In this document: piece after piece, positions 16,770 to 26,868 of the stretch
How positions within the stretch are numbered: position 1 is the stretch's first letter
Layout of the letters: each line of letters begins with the position of its first letter
Source of the DNA: a virus
IMG/VR virus record: IMGVR_UViG_3300030060_004838
Coordinates: 31,976-95,975 of that record
Length of the DNA stretch: 64,000 nt
Direction: 5' to 3' (one strand)
Translations under genes and position numbers: made by a program
Notes under the pieces: model-generated
The model's database searches: none
The model's input: the letters and a program-made list of their open reading frames with translations, nothing else
Told to the model about the DNA's origin: nothing

Positions 16770-18253
16770 TGTGGAATGAATTTGCAAGAGTTAATGAAGA
16801 ATTTATAGATATGACACCTACACAAATGGTAAAGTATTTTGATGAAAACCCGATGGATAATACTGAAGAAATATTAAACCTATGGGCAAGAAATTATCCT
16901 AATAATGGTGCAGGTGAATCAGGTCTTATATCAAGAGTAGCAAAAAGATATGGAGTAGATGTTGATACAATTGAAACTTTAGTAGAAATACATGGTGGAG
17001 TAGGTGAAGCAATTGAAACTTTATTTGATGAGGCTGATGGAAATAGAGATATTACAGTATCAGATGTTTATAGTGCTTTACATGGACAAGATATGGAAAC
17101 TGTATTTACTGAAATAATGGATTGCTTTGACAATGTAAATGCTATGGGTAAGAAATGGCTTGCTGCTTTTCTTCTAAATCAAACAAGAAATAAATGTGGT
17201 AATAATGTTGTTAAAAAGATTTTACAAAAGACATACGGTATTCCTGCTGATGATATTAAGAAAGCAGTAAGTTTCCTACCTATCGAAGATGTAATTTACC
17301 AAGCAGTTAATAATGGTGCTTTAGTATATGTTCCCGAAGCAGGTAATTATATGAAACCAATGTTAGCAAAAGGTGGAGATTTTACAGTAAGAAATCGTAG
17401 ATTCTGTGATTATAAATATGATGGTATTAGAGCACAAATTCATAATAGTGAAGAAGGTATTACAATCTTCAATAGAAAGGGTGATGATATTACATCTAAA
17501 TTTGCTAATGATTTGGTCGAAGTAATAAAGAAAAATTCTGACCCTGTTGATTGGATTGCTGATGGGGAAATATATCCTATTGATGCTGACGGTAATCCTG
17601 CTGAATTTAAAAATATCATGAGTCGTATTCATGGTAAAACAGATGATGTTATTTATCGTAATCCTGTAACTATTAAATTATTTGACTGTATGATGTATGG
17701 TGGACAACCCGTGTTTGAAGATGATTTAGATACCCGTTGGGAAACTTTGAAAATGCATTTTGATAATAGTTTAGTTGCTAAAATGATAGAAATTAACTCT
17801 CATGAAGAAATGTTAGAAGTTTATAATGATGCTATTGAAGCAGGGTTTGAAGGAGTAATTGTAAAAGACCCTGAAATGATTTATGAATTTGGTGCAAGAA
17901 GTAAAGGTTGGTTAAAGTATAAACCACCTATGGTTGAAGTAGATGCTATTATTACAGGTGCTACAATGGGAACAGGAAAAAGAGCAGGTGTTTATGGTGC
18001 TTATGATATTTCTATTAAAGATGGAGATAATTTAATTTCTGTTGGAAAAGTAGGAAGTGGATTTACAGATTCTGACCTAACATTTTTAACCCAAGAGTAT
18101 AACCGATTAGGCGCAGGGAATTTAATTATTGAGGTAAAAGGTGACATGCTTACTAAAAATGAATCAGGAGATTATGGATTAAGATTTCCAAGATATGTTA
18201 AATACCGAGATGATAAAGAAGAACCTACACAATTAAAAGAAATATTGGAGTGA
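16766..18253 (+). CDS. lig: ATP-dependent DNA ligase
   Basis: PMLA, KYDGIR, DGEI, EGVIVK, WLKYKP, KVGSGF, LRFPR. Confidence 0.93.
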   Translation: MMWNEFARVNEEFIDMTPTQMVKYFDENPMDNTEEILNLWARNYPNNGAGESGLISRVAKRYGVDVDTIETLVEIHGGVGEAIETLFDEADGNRDITVSDVYSALHGQDMETVFTEIMDCFDNVNAMGKKWLAAFLLNQTRNKCGNNVVKKILQKTYGIPADDIKKAVSFLPIEDVIYQAVNNGALVYVPEAGNYMKPMLAKGGDFTVRNRRFCDYKYDGIRAQIHNSEEGITIFNRKGDDITSKFANDLVEVIKKNSDPVDWIADGEIYPIDADGNPAEFKNIMSRIHGKTDDVIYRNPVTIKLFDCMMYGGQPVFEDDLDTRWETLKMHFDNSLVAKMIEINSHEEMLEVYNDAIEAGFEGVIVKDPEMIYEFGARSKGWLKYKPPMVEVDAIITGATMGTGKRAGVYGAYDISIKDGDNLISVGKVGSGFTDSDLTFLTQEYNRLGAGNLIIEVKGDMLTKNESGDYGLRFPRYVKYRDDKEEPTQLKEILE

Positions 18254-18259
18254 ATATAA

Positions 18260-18532
18260 ATGGATGTAAGAAAAATAGAAGAAGGAAAAGTTTGTCATTA
18301 TTGTCATCAGCCTTTCAATGGAATAGAAGAAGGATTGGTACAAACACTACCTAATGGTGAGGAATCATATTATCATCTTAGATGTGTCGGTAAATTAATG
18401 GTTTATAGAATTGAAGGTGTATTACCTCAACATTTATTTGAGGCATGTATTGATAAATTAAATCAACCTTTACCACAGAAATTAAAAGATGAACAACAAA
18501 TGTCTTTAGATGATTTTAGTGAGCAAGAATAA
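18260..18532 (+). CDS. Zn-finger protein with C-terminal PIP-like box
   Basis: CHYC...HLRC; QMSLDDF. Confidence 0.65.
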   Translation: MDVRKIEEGKVCHYCHQPFNGIEEGLVQTLPNGEESYYHLRCVGKLMVYRIEGVLPQHLFEACIDKLNQPLPQKLKDEQQMSLDDFSEQE

Positions 18533-18595
18533 TATTATATAAATATAAAAATATAGATATTATTATAAGGTATTAGTAAAAAAGGTGATATAATT

Positions 18596-19009
18596 ATGTT
18601 TAATAATGAACAATTACAAGGTATATTACTTACAATAGCAAGACCTGAAACGACAGTATATCGTTCACAAAGTAAAACAGGGTGGACAATAAGAACAAGA
18701 ATTATGTTTAGAGCAAAAAGAACATTCTTAATTGCTTTACAAAGAAAGTTTGAACAGTTAGAAATAAGTTCAATATTAAGAGATAAAGAAGGAGTGAATA
18801 GAAAAGCACCTGTATTAATTATAGGTAAGCAAGATTCTATTACTAAACTTAGAAGTCTTATGCCTAAACATATACCTTGTTCACATGCTAATTGGGAATT
18901 GTTTGATACAGTAATTACTAAGATAAAAGATAAAGAACATTTAGAAATAGAAGGAATGAAAAGATTGAGAGAGTTGTTAGAAAATGAAAACAAAAGCGAA
19001 GAAGTTTAA
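18596..19009 (+). CDS. degenerate LAGLIDADG-fold protein
   Basis: QLQGILLTIA helix and KEHLEIEGMKRL C-terminal motif; catalytic acid absent. Confidence 0.55.
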   Translation: MFNNEQLQGILLTIARPETTVYRSQSKTGWTIRTRIMFRAKRTFLIALQRKFEQLEISSILRDKEGVNRKAPVLIIGKQDSITKLRSLMPKHIPCSHANWELFDTVITKIKDKEHLEIEGMKRLRELLENENKSEEV

Positions 19010-19814
19010 TTTGTATGTTGGTGGTCATGGTAGTGGTAAAACTAAGAAGGCTAAGTTAGAATTAGGTAGTAGACCTTACACTATAATGCAAGCGTGTGAT
19101 ATTACTATTGATGATATTTATTCTTATCCTAAACATCACGGTGTATTGATTGAAGATGTACATTACAAACCTGAGAAGGATAAAATATTACAAATATTAT
19201 ATGTTCTTCCTTATGTAGCATTAACATCATTAAATGAAAGAGATGTGCCAAAAGCAATTATGAATCTATGCACAAGAAAAAGAATGGGTAGAATAGATAA
19301 TAGACAAATAGATATTAAAAAGTTAGCCCCAAACTGTGAGGATATTAAAAATCTTGATAGAACAATATATGATTTGAATGTTGAATACTTAAAAAACAAA
19401 GATAGGAGAGAAGTGTTAGATTTAATTAAACACAATAAGCCTGCTGATTTACAGTTAATTAGTTGGATTCAACCTAATATTGATTGTAGAAATATAGCAT
19501 TTGCTGATAATATTATGAGGCGTTGGAGTATAGATTATTTCTATGAAATACTTACATACTCTTGGTCAGGTTATCATGGCGGAAGAATTGAATTTCCTAA
19601 AAGATATTCGTATTCACCTGTTCCAAAGATATGTAATAAGTTAGGTCTTAAAACAAAGGATGCTTATTTAGTTAAAACATTCTTAAAGAATGATAAATAT
19701 AAAGAATGGGCTATTTCTAAATTAGATAAAGACGAATGTAAAATATTGGGACTACAAAAACCAAGAAAGAAATCTATTAGAGTAGTAAATACAAAATTGG
19801 GTGATTGGATTTGA
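18984..19814 (+). CDS. divergent replication factor C large subunit-like
   Basis: Walker A GGHGSGKT, Walker B LIEDVH, PIP-like end TKLGDW. Confidence 0.6.
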   Translation: MKTKAKKFNLYVGGHGSGKTKKAKLELGSRPYTIMQACDITIDDIYSYPKHHGVLIEDVHYKPEKDKILQILYVLPYVALTSLNERDVPKAIMNLCTRKRMGRIDNRQIDIKKLAPNCEDIKNLDRTIYDLNVEYLKNKDRREVLDLIKHNKPADLQLISWIQPNIDCRNIAFADNIMRRWSIDYFYEILTYSWSGYHGGRIEFPKRYSYSPVPKICNKLGLKTKDAYLVKTFLKNDKYKEWAISKLDKDECKILGLQKPRKKSIRVVNTKLGDWI

Positions 19815-19958
19815 GATTGGCTAAAGGAACAGGAGTTTCATTTAATGTTTGGTTAGGTAAGTTAGATAAGTCAGTTACAGATAGAGTAAAATTCTTACAG
19901 TTAAGGGAATATTATGAAGATGACTTAACACCTGATGAAGTAAAAATAAAGGTGGATA

Positions 19959-20315
19959 TTGATGGTTAGACGAAATTGGATTAGGGGAGTTAGGCGTAAA
20001 AGAAATAAAACTTATGCTGAAAGGTTTATTGATAGAGCCATGAATGATGGTGAAGAAAGAACGGCAAGTCTAATATTAGACGCTATTCTTGATTATATTG
20101 ATAAATCAAAAAGAAAAATTACTTATACTTTTGTTCCAACAAAAGGTAAAATATCTTCTTATATTAGTAATAACCCTAATTATATTTTAGTCGAAAAAGC
20201 AAACAATAAACATAGTACGATTTATCGTAAAAAAGAAATATGTGATACCTGTGATGGTTCAGGTTTTAAAAACCATAAGAATTGCGAAGAATGTAATAGT
20301 GAGGAAGAAGAATGA
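19959..20315 (+). CDS. wHTH-like protein with CxxCxGxG Zn finger
   Basis: CDTCDGSG...CEEC. Confidence 0.6.
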   Translation: MMVRRNWIRGVRRKRNKTYAERFIDRAMNDGEERTASLILDAILDYIDKSKRKITYTFVPTKGKISSYISNNPNYILVEKANNKHSTIYRKKEICDTCDGSGFKNHKNCEECNSEEEE

Positions 20316-20518
20316 AATGTGAAATGTGCGGTAGAGAAAATGCAGAATCAGTAGGAATGCATTGTGGTAAATATAAAGTTTGTAACAATTGTGTGAGTAA
20401 ATCTATTCATACAAGAATGTGGGTTTTAGGAAAACCAACAAAATATACTGATTATTTATACGGTGTTGAATATAAGGTGAGTAGCGATGATGGAGAAAAC
20501 GAATCAGTTATTAAATAA
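20312..20518 (+). CDS. small Zn-finger protein
   Basis: CEMC...CNNC. Confidence 0.6.
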   Translation: MKCEMCGRENAESVGMHCGKYKVCNNCVSKSIHTRMWVLGKPTKYTDYLYGVEYKVSSDDGENESVIK

Positions 20519-20611
20519 ACTCAATGATAATATTGAGAGAGGAAATAGAATATTAGTTATTGTCACGATTGTTAATATTCTAACTGTAATTATGATAGGA
20601 TTAGTGCTATT

Positions 20612-20734
20612 ATGATTTGTAAATATTGTGACGGAAGTGGTGTGGCTATTGAAATGCCATGCCCTGAATGTAAAGGATTAGGAGAGATTGAAAATGAATT
20701 GGACAGAAAAATACAGACCGAAAAGAGTAAGTGA
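20612..20734 (+). CDS. 40-aa DnaJ-type Zn-finger peptide
   Basis: CKYCDGSG...CPECKGLG, translated by hand. Confidence 0.5.
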   Translation: MICKYCDGSGVAIEMPCPECKGLGEIENELDRKIQTEKSK

Positions 20735-21608
20735 TATTAGAGGACAAAATAAATTTGTAAATGATGCTACATCATGGATAGAAAAAGGTAATATGCCTAA
20801 TGTATTAATTTATGGAAATCCTGGAAATGGTAAAACAACAGCAGGACATTGTTTAGGTAATGAATTCTTAGGTGAATCAAAAGCCCTAAACTATTTAGAA
20901 ATTAATGCAAGTCAAGATAGAAGATTAGAAACTATTAGAACTACCATTACAAATTTTGCTAATACAAGAGGAACAGATGATGTACCATTTAAGATTTGTT
21001 TATTAGATGAAATTGATGGTATGACAAGAGATTCTCAAAGAGCATTAAAAAGAACAATGGAAAGAGCAACCAATGTTAGATTTATTATTACTTGTAATAA
21101 TGTTGCTGATGTTGATTATGCTATTCGTAGTAGATGTGCTAATTATTATTTTGAACCACTTAGTATAGATGGTATGGTAGAAATGCTTTGGCAGATTGCT
21201 GAAGAAGAAAATATTGTATTATTAAAAGATGAAGTTATTGATTTCTGTAAATCACTTAACGGTGATATGCGTAGAGGAATTAATGAATTACAAGCAACAG
21301 CATTTAGTGGTGCTGGATTAAAAGAAAAGACAAAAGAGTTTATGATAAATTATGATAAGATTTTGGATATGCTTGCGGCTGGACAGATATTTGAAGCAAA
21401 TGAAATACTTACAAAAGAAATAGTAAGTGGTCGTTCTGTAAAAGAAATCTGTAATAATCTGCATCATTGTGTATTAGAAAAAGAAGAATATGATAGAGTC
21501 GCTATGTTTAAGTGCCTAAGTCATATTGGAGAAATGGAATGGAGAAGTAAGTCAATGACTCCTAAAATTGTTGTGTCATGGTTTGTGGCGCAATTCATTG
21601 ACAATTGA
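20694..21608 (+). CDS. rfcS: replication factor C small subunit (clamp loader)
   Basis: WTEKYRP, GNPGNGKTT, EINAS, LDEID, SRC, GDMR. Confidence 0.93.
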   Translation: MNWTEKYRPKRVSDIRGQNKFVNDATSWIEKGNMPNVLIYGNPGNGKTTAGHCLGNEFLGESKALNYLEINASQDRRLETIRTTITNFANTRGTDDVPFKICLLDEIDGMTRDSQRALKRTMERATNVRFIITCNNVADVDYAIRSRCANYYFEPLSIDGMVEMLWQIAEEENIVLLKDEVIDFCKSLNGDMRRGINELQATAFSGAGLKEKTKEFMINYDKILDMLAAGQIFEANEILTKEIVSGRSVKEICNNLHHCVLEKEEYDRVAMFKCLSHIGEMEWRSKSMTPKIVVSWFVAQFIDN

Positions 21609-21634
21609 AAAAAGAAAAACAGGAAGTGAAAAAA

Positions 21635-22873
21635 ATGAATGAAAGAATAGAAAATGAATTGAATGGTTTGGCTACCAAATTAGGTAAGTCCGAAGAAGAA
21701 ATGTTAGCAAAGTTTAATGAAATTGCTGAGAGTAATAACCTTGATTTAGAAAATGAGCGACAGTCTATGGTTGCACTAACTCTAACAAGAAACTTTGTGC
21801 GAGGTTCTTTGAAAGGAAATACATCATCAAGGAGAGGCGGATATGGTAATGATGCTTTTGGATTTGTTGTTGGTAGTGAACCTGCAAGAGATGTACAAGA
21901 ATGGAGTAGAAAAAGATTGCTAAGTGATTATAATAGTAATTCTAATACTGTGTTTAATGAAGAAAGATGTGCTGAAGTTACACTAACAGATGCAGGATAT
22001 GAAAAGAGTCAAGTTGTTAATGGTGATGTTCAAACAAAGACAATTCCTCAATTACCAAATTCTGCTATTGAAGTAGATGAGAATAAGTGGATTGTACCTA
22101 TTGATAATATTAAAGCATTTATGAGTGGAGATTCTAACCCTCGATATGGTAAGCCTCTACCTGCTGAAGAATTTAGAAGGAGAGTACATTTGATTGCTAA
22201 GAAAGATGGTGGCGATTTCCAATATTGGACTTTTGGTTTGAAGAATATTGCCGCTAAAGAATGGGATGTAAAAAACTTTGAATGGCTACATCTTAATGCT
22301 ATCTTTAATGATGATAGAAATGCTTGTTATGGTATTAAGGGAAGAACACTTTCTTCTCTACAATATAATGCTAACTTAGATGAAGATGATGATTTATATG
22401 TTGGTAATCTACCTTCTATGGAAGATTTACTTGTAGAATGTATGGGTGATTATATTGCTGATTTGTTAGAAATTGAAGATTATCATTCAACAATTATGTC
22501 AAATCCAGGAATGAAACTATGTATTACTGATGGAATTGTTAGCAGTATGAATTTGACTGTTAATGAAAAGACAGGAAATAGAGTATTGTGGATTGAACCT
22601 GCTGATGCAAGTTATGGTTTTGAAGAAGCAGATATTCCTGATTCAACCCCATGTTGGATTCCTTCTAATGTAGATATTGATTTTGGTGTAGGTAGTGATG
22701 TTATTATTATCGGAAGAACAAATCAAACACAAAAGAGAGATGAAGATGGTAATTATCTTGAAGATGAATATAATCCTGTTTCTTTGAACATTTATGGTAT
22801 TCTACCGAGAGTTGCTCTTGGTGCGCCTAATGAAGTTGCAGAAGCAGTAGATGATGATTTAAATTATTGGTGA
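21635..22873 (+). CDS. RPA/SSB-like single-stranded DNA-binding protein
   Basis: archaeal RPA-like N-terminal helices, OB-like C-terminal region, acidic-aromatic tail DDDLNYW, replication-module context. Confidence 0.6.
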   Translation: MNERIENELNGLATKLGKSEEEMLAKFNEIAESNNLDLENERQSMVALTLTRNFVRGSLKGNTSSRRGGYGNDAFGFVVGSEPARDVQEWSRKRLLSDYNSNSNTVFNEERCAEVTLTDAGYEKSQVVNGDVQTKTIPQLPNSAIEVDENKWIVPIDNIKAFMSGDSNPRYGKPLPAEEFRRRVHLIAKKDGGDFQYWTFGLKNIAAKEWDVKNFEWLHLNAIFNDDRNACYGIKGRTLSSLQYNANLDEDDDLYVGNLPSMEDLLVECMGDYIADLLEIEDYHSTIMSNPGMKLCITDGIVSSMNLTVNEKTGNRVLWIEPADASYGFEEADIPDSTPCWIPSNVDIDFGVGSDVIIIGRTNQTQKRDEDGNYLEDEYNPVSLNIYGILPRVALGAPNEVAEAVDDDLNYW

Positions 22874-22878
22874 TTTGA

Positions 22879-23034
22879 ATGAATTGGAAAAAATTAGGAC
22901 TTTATAGTAGTTTATTTTCTATTGTTAGTAGTATTGCTATTTATGCTTTACATGATGAAAACTTAGGTATCTTTGTTGGATTGTGGGCTTCAGCATTATT
23001 GCTTCTAACAGATAGAGTAGACGAAGTAGTTTGA
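22879..23034 (+). CDS. 51-aa two-TM membrane protein
   Basis: MNWKKLGLYSSLFSIVSSIAIYAL...LGIFVGLWASALLLL; GGTGA SD. Confidence 0.6.
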   Translation: MNWKKLGLYSSLFSIVSSIAIYALHDENLGIFVGLWASALLLLTDRVDEVV

Positions 23035-23110
23035 TTAGTTATTTGTGTAATCGTAGGCGTTAATGACGGTCAAATAGGTGCGAAGCCTATCCTCTAAAGG
23101 AGAAATTAAA

Positions 23111-23323
23111 ATGAAAAGATATGTAAGAATGAATCAGTTAAGTATGGATTTAGCGGAAGTTGAATCTATTGAATGGAAGAAAATTGATGACGATGAAGTA
23201 ATTGCTGACCAAGATTTGTATTCAGTTAGAATACATATGAAAAGTGGTAAGATGTACACACGACAGATATTTGAAACACAGTTTGAAGAATTGAAAGAAC
23301 AATTCAAAGAATTAATAGTATAA
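23111..23323 (+). CDS. hypothetical protein
   Basis: AAGGAG SD before MKRYV. Confidence 0.65.
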   Translation: MKRYVRMNQLSMDLAEVESIEWKKIDDDEVIADQDLYSVRIHMKSGKMYTRQIFETQFEELKEQFKELIV

Positions 23324-23342
23324 AAAAAAGGAAGTGAAATAA

Positions 23343-24257
23343 ATGGGAATAGGAAATAAGAAAGGAATTGCGGCAGGAAAGGTATTGAATAATGCAAAAG
23401 AAGAACAAGGTTTATCAGCGTTTAAACAAGCAAAGTTAAAGGCTATGAATCAAAGAAAGATTTTGTTAGAACAAGAATCAGCATATATGATTTGTGGTAT
23501 TAGCGGAAATCCGGGAACAGGAAAAACAGGTATTGCTTTAGATTGTAGAACCGAAAAAGAAAGAAAAACACATTGGTTGTTTATTCTTGATTTTGATGAA
23601 GGTGCAGAACCTACATGGCGACAACATTGGGCTAATGATGAAAAAATTGTTATCTTTAATCCATATATGTATAATGAAGATATGACTGTTGATTATATGG
23701 CTACTGCTGATATGGCAAGATATTTTATTGCTATGGTAAATGAAGCAATTGAATCAGGAGAAATTGAAGATGGTGAAGATACTGTAAAAATTGAAGCAGT
23801 AAAAGCAATTATTTTTGATGGTCTTGATTCATGGTTAGATACTACTAATATGATTGCAAGATTAAATCATATTAAGGGTAAAGACCCAAGAGCAGCAGAT
23901 AAAGTAAAAATGGTGCCGACACAATGGTATGCAAGAACAGAAGAATATAAAAGATTATTTAAGGCGGCTTGTCAATTAAGATGCCATAAATTCTTTATTA
24001 CACATATGAAAGAAGTCCATGATGGATTTGATATTGTTGGTCTAAAGCCTGATTGGGAGAAATCTACAACGGCTAAATTATTCCAACACATTGAGTGTAA
24101 AATGGAAGAAAGAGGCAAGAACTTTAAGTTGGTAGGACAAGTTAAGAAATCTAAAACTAATGCAGATAATGTAGGTCAATCTTTTACTATTATGGAAAAT
24201 GATAATGGTAAGATTAAGTGGACAGGTATTCCTGCAATTAGCGAAGGAACTCTTTGA
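23343..24257 (+). CDS. RecA-superfamily ATPase (RadA/Sak4-like recombinase)
   Basis: GNPGTGKT, LDFDEG, IIFDGLD, FITH. Confidence 0.8.
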   Translation: MGIGNKKGIAAGKVLNNAKEEQGLSAFKQAKLKAMNQRKILLEQESAYMICGISGNPGTGKTGIALDCRTEKERKTHWLFILDFDEGAEPTWRQHWANDEKIVIFNPYMYNEDMTVDYMATADMARYFIAMVNEAIESGEIEDGEDTVKIEAVKAIIFDGLDSWLDTTNMIARLNHIKGKDPRAADKVKMVPTQWYARTEEYKRLFKAACQLRCHKFFITHMKEVHDGFDIVGLKPDWEKSTTAKLFQHIECKMEERGKNFKLVGQVKKSKTNADNVGQSFTIMENDNGKIKWTGIPAISEGTL

Positions 24258-24280
24258 GGATTTAATTCCTCTTTGAAATT

Positions 24281-24369
24281 ATAGGGTTTTGTTAGAGTAA
24301 TGAATAAAAAAGTGGGCATCACTAACAGGGTTTTCCTCCAACCCTTTATTCCCCCTATGCACATTGGAG
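24281..24369 (+). promoter_or_regulatory. structured leader able to occlude the PCNA ribosome-binding site
   Basis: ATAGGG/CCCTAT, TGTTAG/CTAACA, AGGGTT/AACCCT; CTCCAA(24336) complementary to TTGGAG(24364). Confidence 0.4.
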
Positions 24370-25143
24370 ATGAAAAAAATGAAATGTAAAGTAAATGGAA
24401 AGATATTGAAAGGAAAGATTGAGAGTGTTTTACTAAAAGGTAAATGGAACAATGGCGGAACAAATAAAAATTCTGTACTATGTCCTACTATTGTATTTAG
24501 TGTAGATAAAGAAGGTAACAATTGTATATTAACAAATGGTAATCCTTCTACTTATATTACCAACTCATTAGATTTAATTGAGATGGATGAAACTAAATCA
24601 GGTAGAGTAGCATTAGATTCAGATATTCTATTGAAATATTTACCTAAAGAAGATTGTATTTTTCAATTGAAAAATAATAATTTGCAATTGGTAACTGAAA
24701 AGAAATCTGTATCTTTGCCTATTTTAGATAGACATGAGAATAATGATAGTATATTATTTGTTGAAAAGAATCTAAAGGTAAGTAGAGATACTAAAGAAAA
24801 GGTAATTGTAAGTTCAAAAACTCAATTAGAAACAAGAATTAAAGTTAGTTCTGATGAATTATCAGAAGCGTTTTCAGATTGTGAAGCCGTAGGTAATTCA
24901 GTTTATAAATTAGATTATGATGGTGAAAGATTAACTATTTCATCTTCTACTAATACTGAATCTGTTTCAGTAAATATAGAGCCTGTTGATTCAATAGGTG
25001 TAAAAGCAACGATGGAATTTAGTGCGCCCTTCTTTAAATATTTAGAAGGTAGGACTACTATTCTATCATTTAATGATGAGTCACCACTCTCAGTAATTAG
25101 TGGTAATATGAAAATATTAAGAGCACCAAGAATAGAAGCGTGA
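24370..25143 (+). CDS. pcn: PCNA-like sliding clamp
   Basis: about 255 aa, two-domain beta-rich pattern, ends ESPLSVISGNMKILRAPRIE (compare archaeal PCNA LAPRIE). Confidence 0.75.
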   Translation: MKKMKCKVNGKILKGKIESVLLKGKWNNGGTNKNSVLCPTIVFSVDKEGNNCILTNGNPSTYITNSLDLIEMDETKSGRVALDSDILLKYLPKEDCIFQLKNNNLQLVTEKKSVSLPILDRHENNDSILFVEKNLKVSRDTKEKVIVSSKTQLETRIKVSSDELSEAFSDCEAVGNSVYKLDYDGERLTISSSTNTESVSVNIEPVDSIGVKATMEFSAPFFKYLEGRTTILSFNDESPLSVISGNMKILRAPRIEA

Positions 25144-25147
25144 TATT

Positions 25148-25384
25148 ATGAGTAAAAAGAAAAAAGAAGAAAAGCCTAAAATAGAAAAACAAGACCCCCA
25201 AGTATTAATACAAAGCCTATTACAAATGATACAGTATATGGCTAACGCTCTAAATTTAGAAGCGGCAGGTGTATTACATAATACCGGTTGGTGTAAAGAT
25301 TTAATTGCCGATGACGGTTGCCCTGTTTGTAAGATTGAAAAGGAGAGGGAAAACGATGAATTGGTGGAATCAAAAGATAATTGA
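25148..25384 (+). CDS. hypothetical protein
   Basis: H..C..CPVC. Confidence 0.55.
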   Translation: MSKKKKEEKPKIEKQDPQVLIQSLLQMIQYMANALNLEAAGVLHNTGWCKDLIADDGCPVCKIEKERENDELVESKDN

Positions 25385-25571
25385 TAAAACCGTTTGTGGC
25401 TTTGATGATTGTGATAATTCAATTGTAAATAATTCTTTTGATGGAAACCCTGTAATAAATAAAGACATTTGTGTTTATTGTTATAGAGAAAGAGTCCATA
25501 AAAAGGCTATGCAATTGTATAGAAAACAAACAAGAGAAAGATTGGAGGAAGAATTACATGCCAATGTCTGA
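25305..25571 (+). CDS. small Zn-finger protein
   Basis: CGFDDC...CVYC; start probably MNWW. Confidence 0.5.
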   Translation: MPMTVALFVRLKRRGKTMNWWNQKIIDKTVCGFDDCDNSIVNNSFDGNPVINKDICVYCYRERVHKKAMQLYRKQTRERLEEELHANV

Positions 25572-25830
25572 CCATCAAGATTCTGAAAACTTTGCTTATG
25601 ATAAAACATGGGAACAAATTGAAGCACTTTTAGATGAGGCTGAAAGAGAACAAAATAGAAGATGGGTAGCATTTCAAAAATGCCCACCAACTTTAAGACA
25701 ACAACATTGGAATAATTATAAAGGATTAGAAGGAGTAATTAATGCTCTTAGATGGGTTCTTGGCGACCTTAAAACGCCAAAAGATAAAGTATTAGGGAGA
25801 GATAGATTTGAAAATAGAAGAAAGAGATAG
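25471..25830 (+). CDS. hypothetical protein
   Basis: GVINALRWVLG; start probably MPMSD. Confidence 0.6.
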   Translation: MFIVIEKESIKRLCNCIENKQEKDWRKNYMPMSDHQDSENFAYDKTWEQIEALLDEAEREQNRRWVAFQKCPPTLRQQHWNNYKGLEGVINALRWVLGDLKTPKDKVLGRDRFENRRKR

Positions 25831-26860
25831 TTTAACTTATGATGATATTAGTATTATACCGAGTATGTCTGATATAAAATCAAGAAGTCATTGTGATACA
25901 GCAGTTGGATTCGGCAATTTTAATTTAAATGTGCCATTAATTGCTTCACCAATGGACACAGTTTGCGGTTCAGAAATGTGTATTGAATTAGCAAAACTTG
26001 GTGGGATTGGAGTATTGCATAGATTTCAAAATATCAAAGAACAGGTAGCATTATGCTATGATATTGAAGCAGAAGTAAGAGGACAATATATTGCTGCAAT
26101 TGGTGTAGGCCAAAGAGGTAAAAATAGATTTGATTCTTTAGTAGGTTATACTAATATTCAAGGTGTCTGTATTGATGTAGCACATGGCGACCATGAATTA
26201 GTAGGTGAAATGATTTCTTATATTAAAGAAGAATTTGAAGATGTACATGTAATGGCAGGTAATATTGTAACTAAAGGTGCGGCTGAAAGATTAATTGAAG
26301 CAGGTGCTGATTCTTTAAGAGTAGGAATAGGTAATGGTTCTATGTGTGAAACAAGAATTAGAGCAGGTGTAGGAGTTCCTCAAGCAACAGCATTATTAGA
26401 TATTGCATATCATATAAATGAAGTTTTAGACTTAGATGAAATACCATATATTATTGCTGATGGTGGTTGTAAAACAGTAGGAGATATTCCTAAAGCAATT
26501 GCTCTTGGTGCTGATGCAGTTATGATAGGTTCTTTATTTGCAGGAACAAAAGAAACTCCTGGAATTATATCTAAAATGGGTCAATGGCCTAATGAACAAT
26601 TATACAAAAAGTATCAAGGTTCAGCATCTATTGATTCTAAAACAGCAAGGGGTGAAGAAACTAAAAATGTAGAGGGTAATTCTAAAATTACACCATACAA
26701 AGGAAAGGTAAGAAGAATAGTTGAAGATATATCTGATGGAATTAAAAGTTCTATGAGTTATGTTGGGGCATATACAATTGCTGATTTCCAAACTAAAGCA
26801 AAGTTTTGTAGAGTTACACAAGCAGGACAATTAGAAGCAAAACCACACGGATTATATTAG
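25808..26860 (+). CDS. IMPDH/GMP reductase family protein, CBS-less
   Basis: [57 protein letters not shown]. Confidence 0.9.
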   Translation: MKIEERDSLTYDDISIIPSMSDIKSRSHCDTAVGFGNFNLNVPLIASPMDTVCGSEMCIELAKLGGIGVLHRFQNIKEQVALCYDIEAEVRGQYIAAIGVGQRGKNRFDSLVGYTNIQGVCIDVAHGDHELVGEMISYIKEEFEDVHVMAGNIVTKGAAERLIEAGADSLRVGIGNGSMCETRIRAGVGVPQATALLDIAYHINEVLDLDEIPYIIADGGCKTVGDIPKAIALGADAVMIGSLFAGTKETPGIISKMGQWPNEQLYKKYQGSASIDSKTARGEETKNVEGNSKITPYKGKVRRIVEDISDGIKSSMSYVGAYTIADFQTKAKFCRVTQAGQLEAKPHGLY

Positions 26861-26868
26861 GTGATAAA

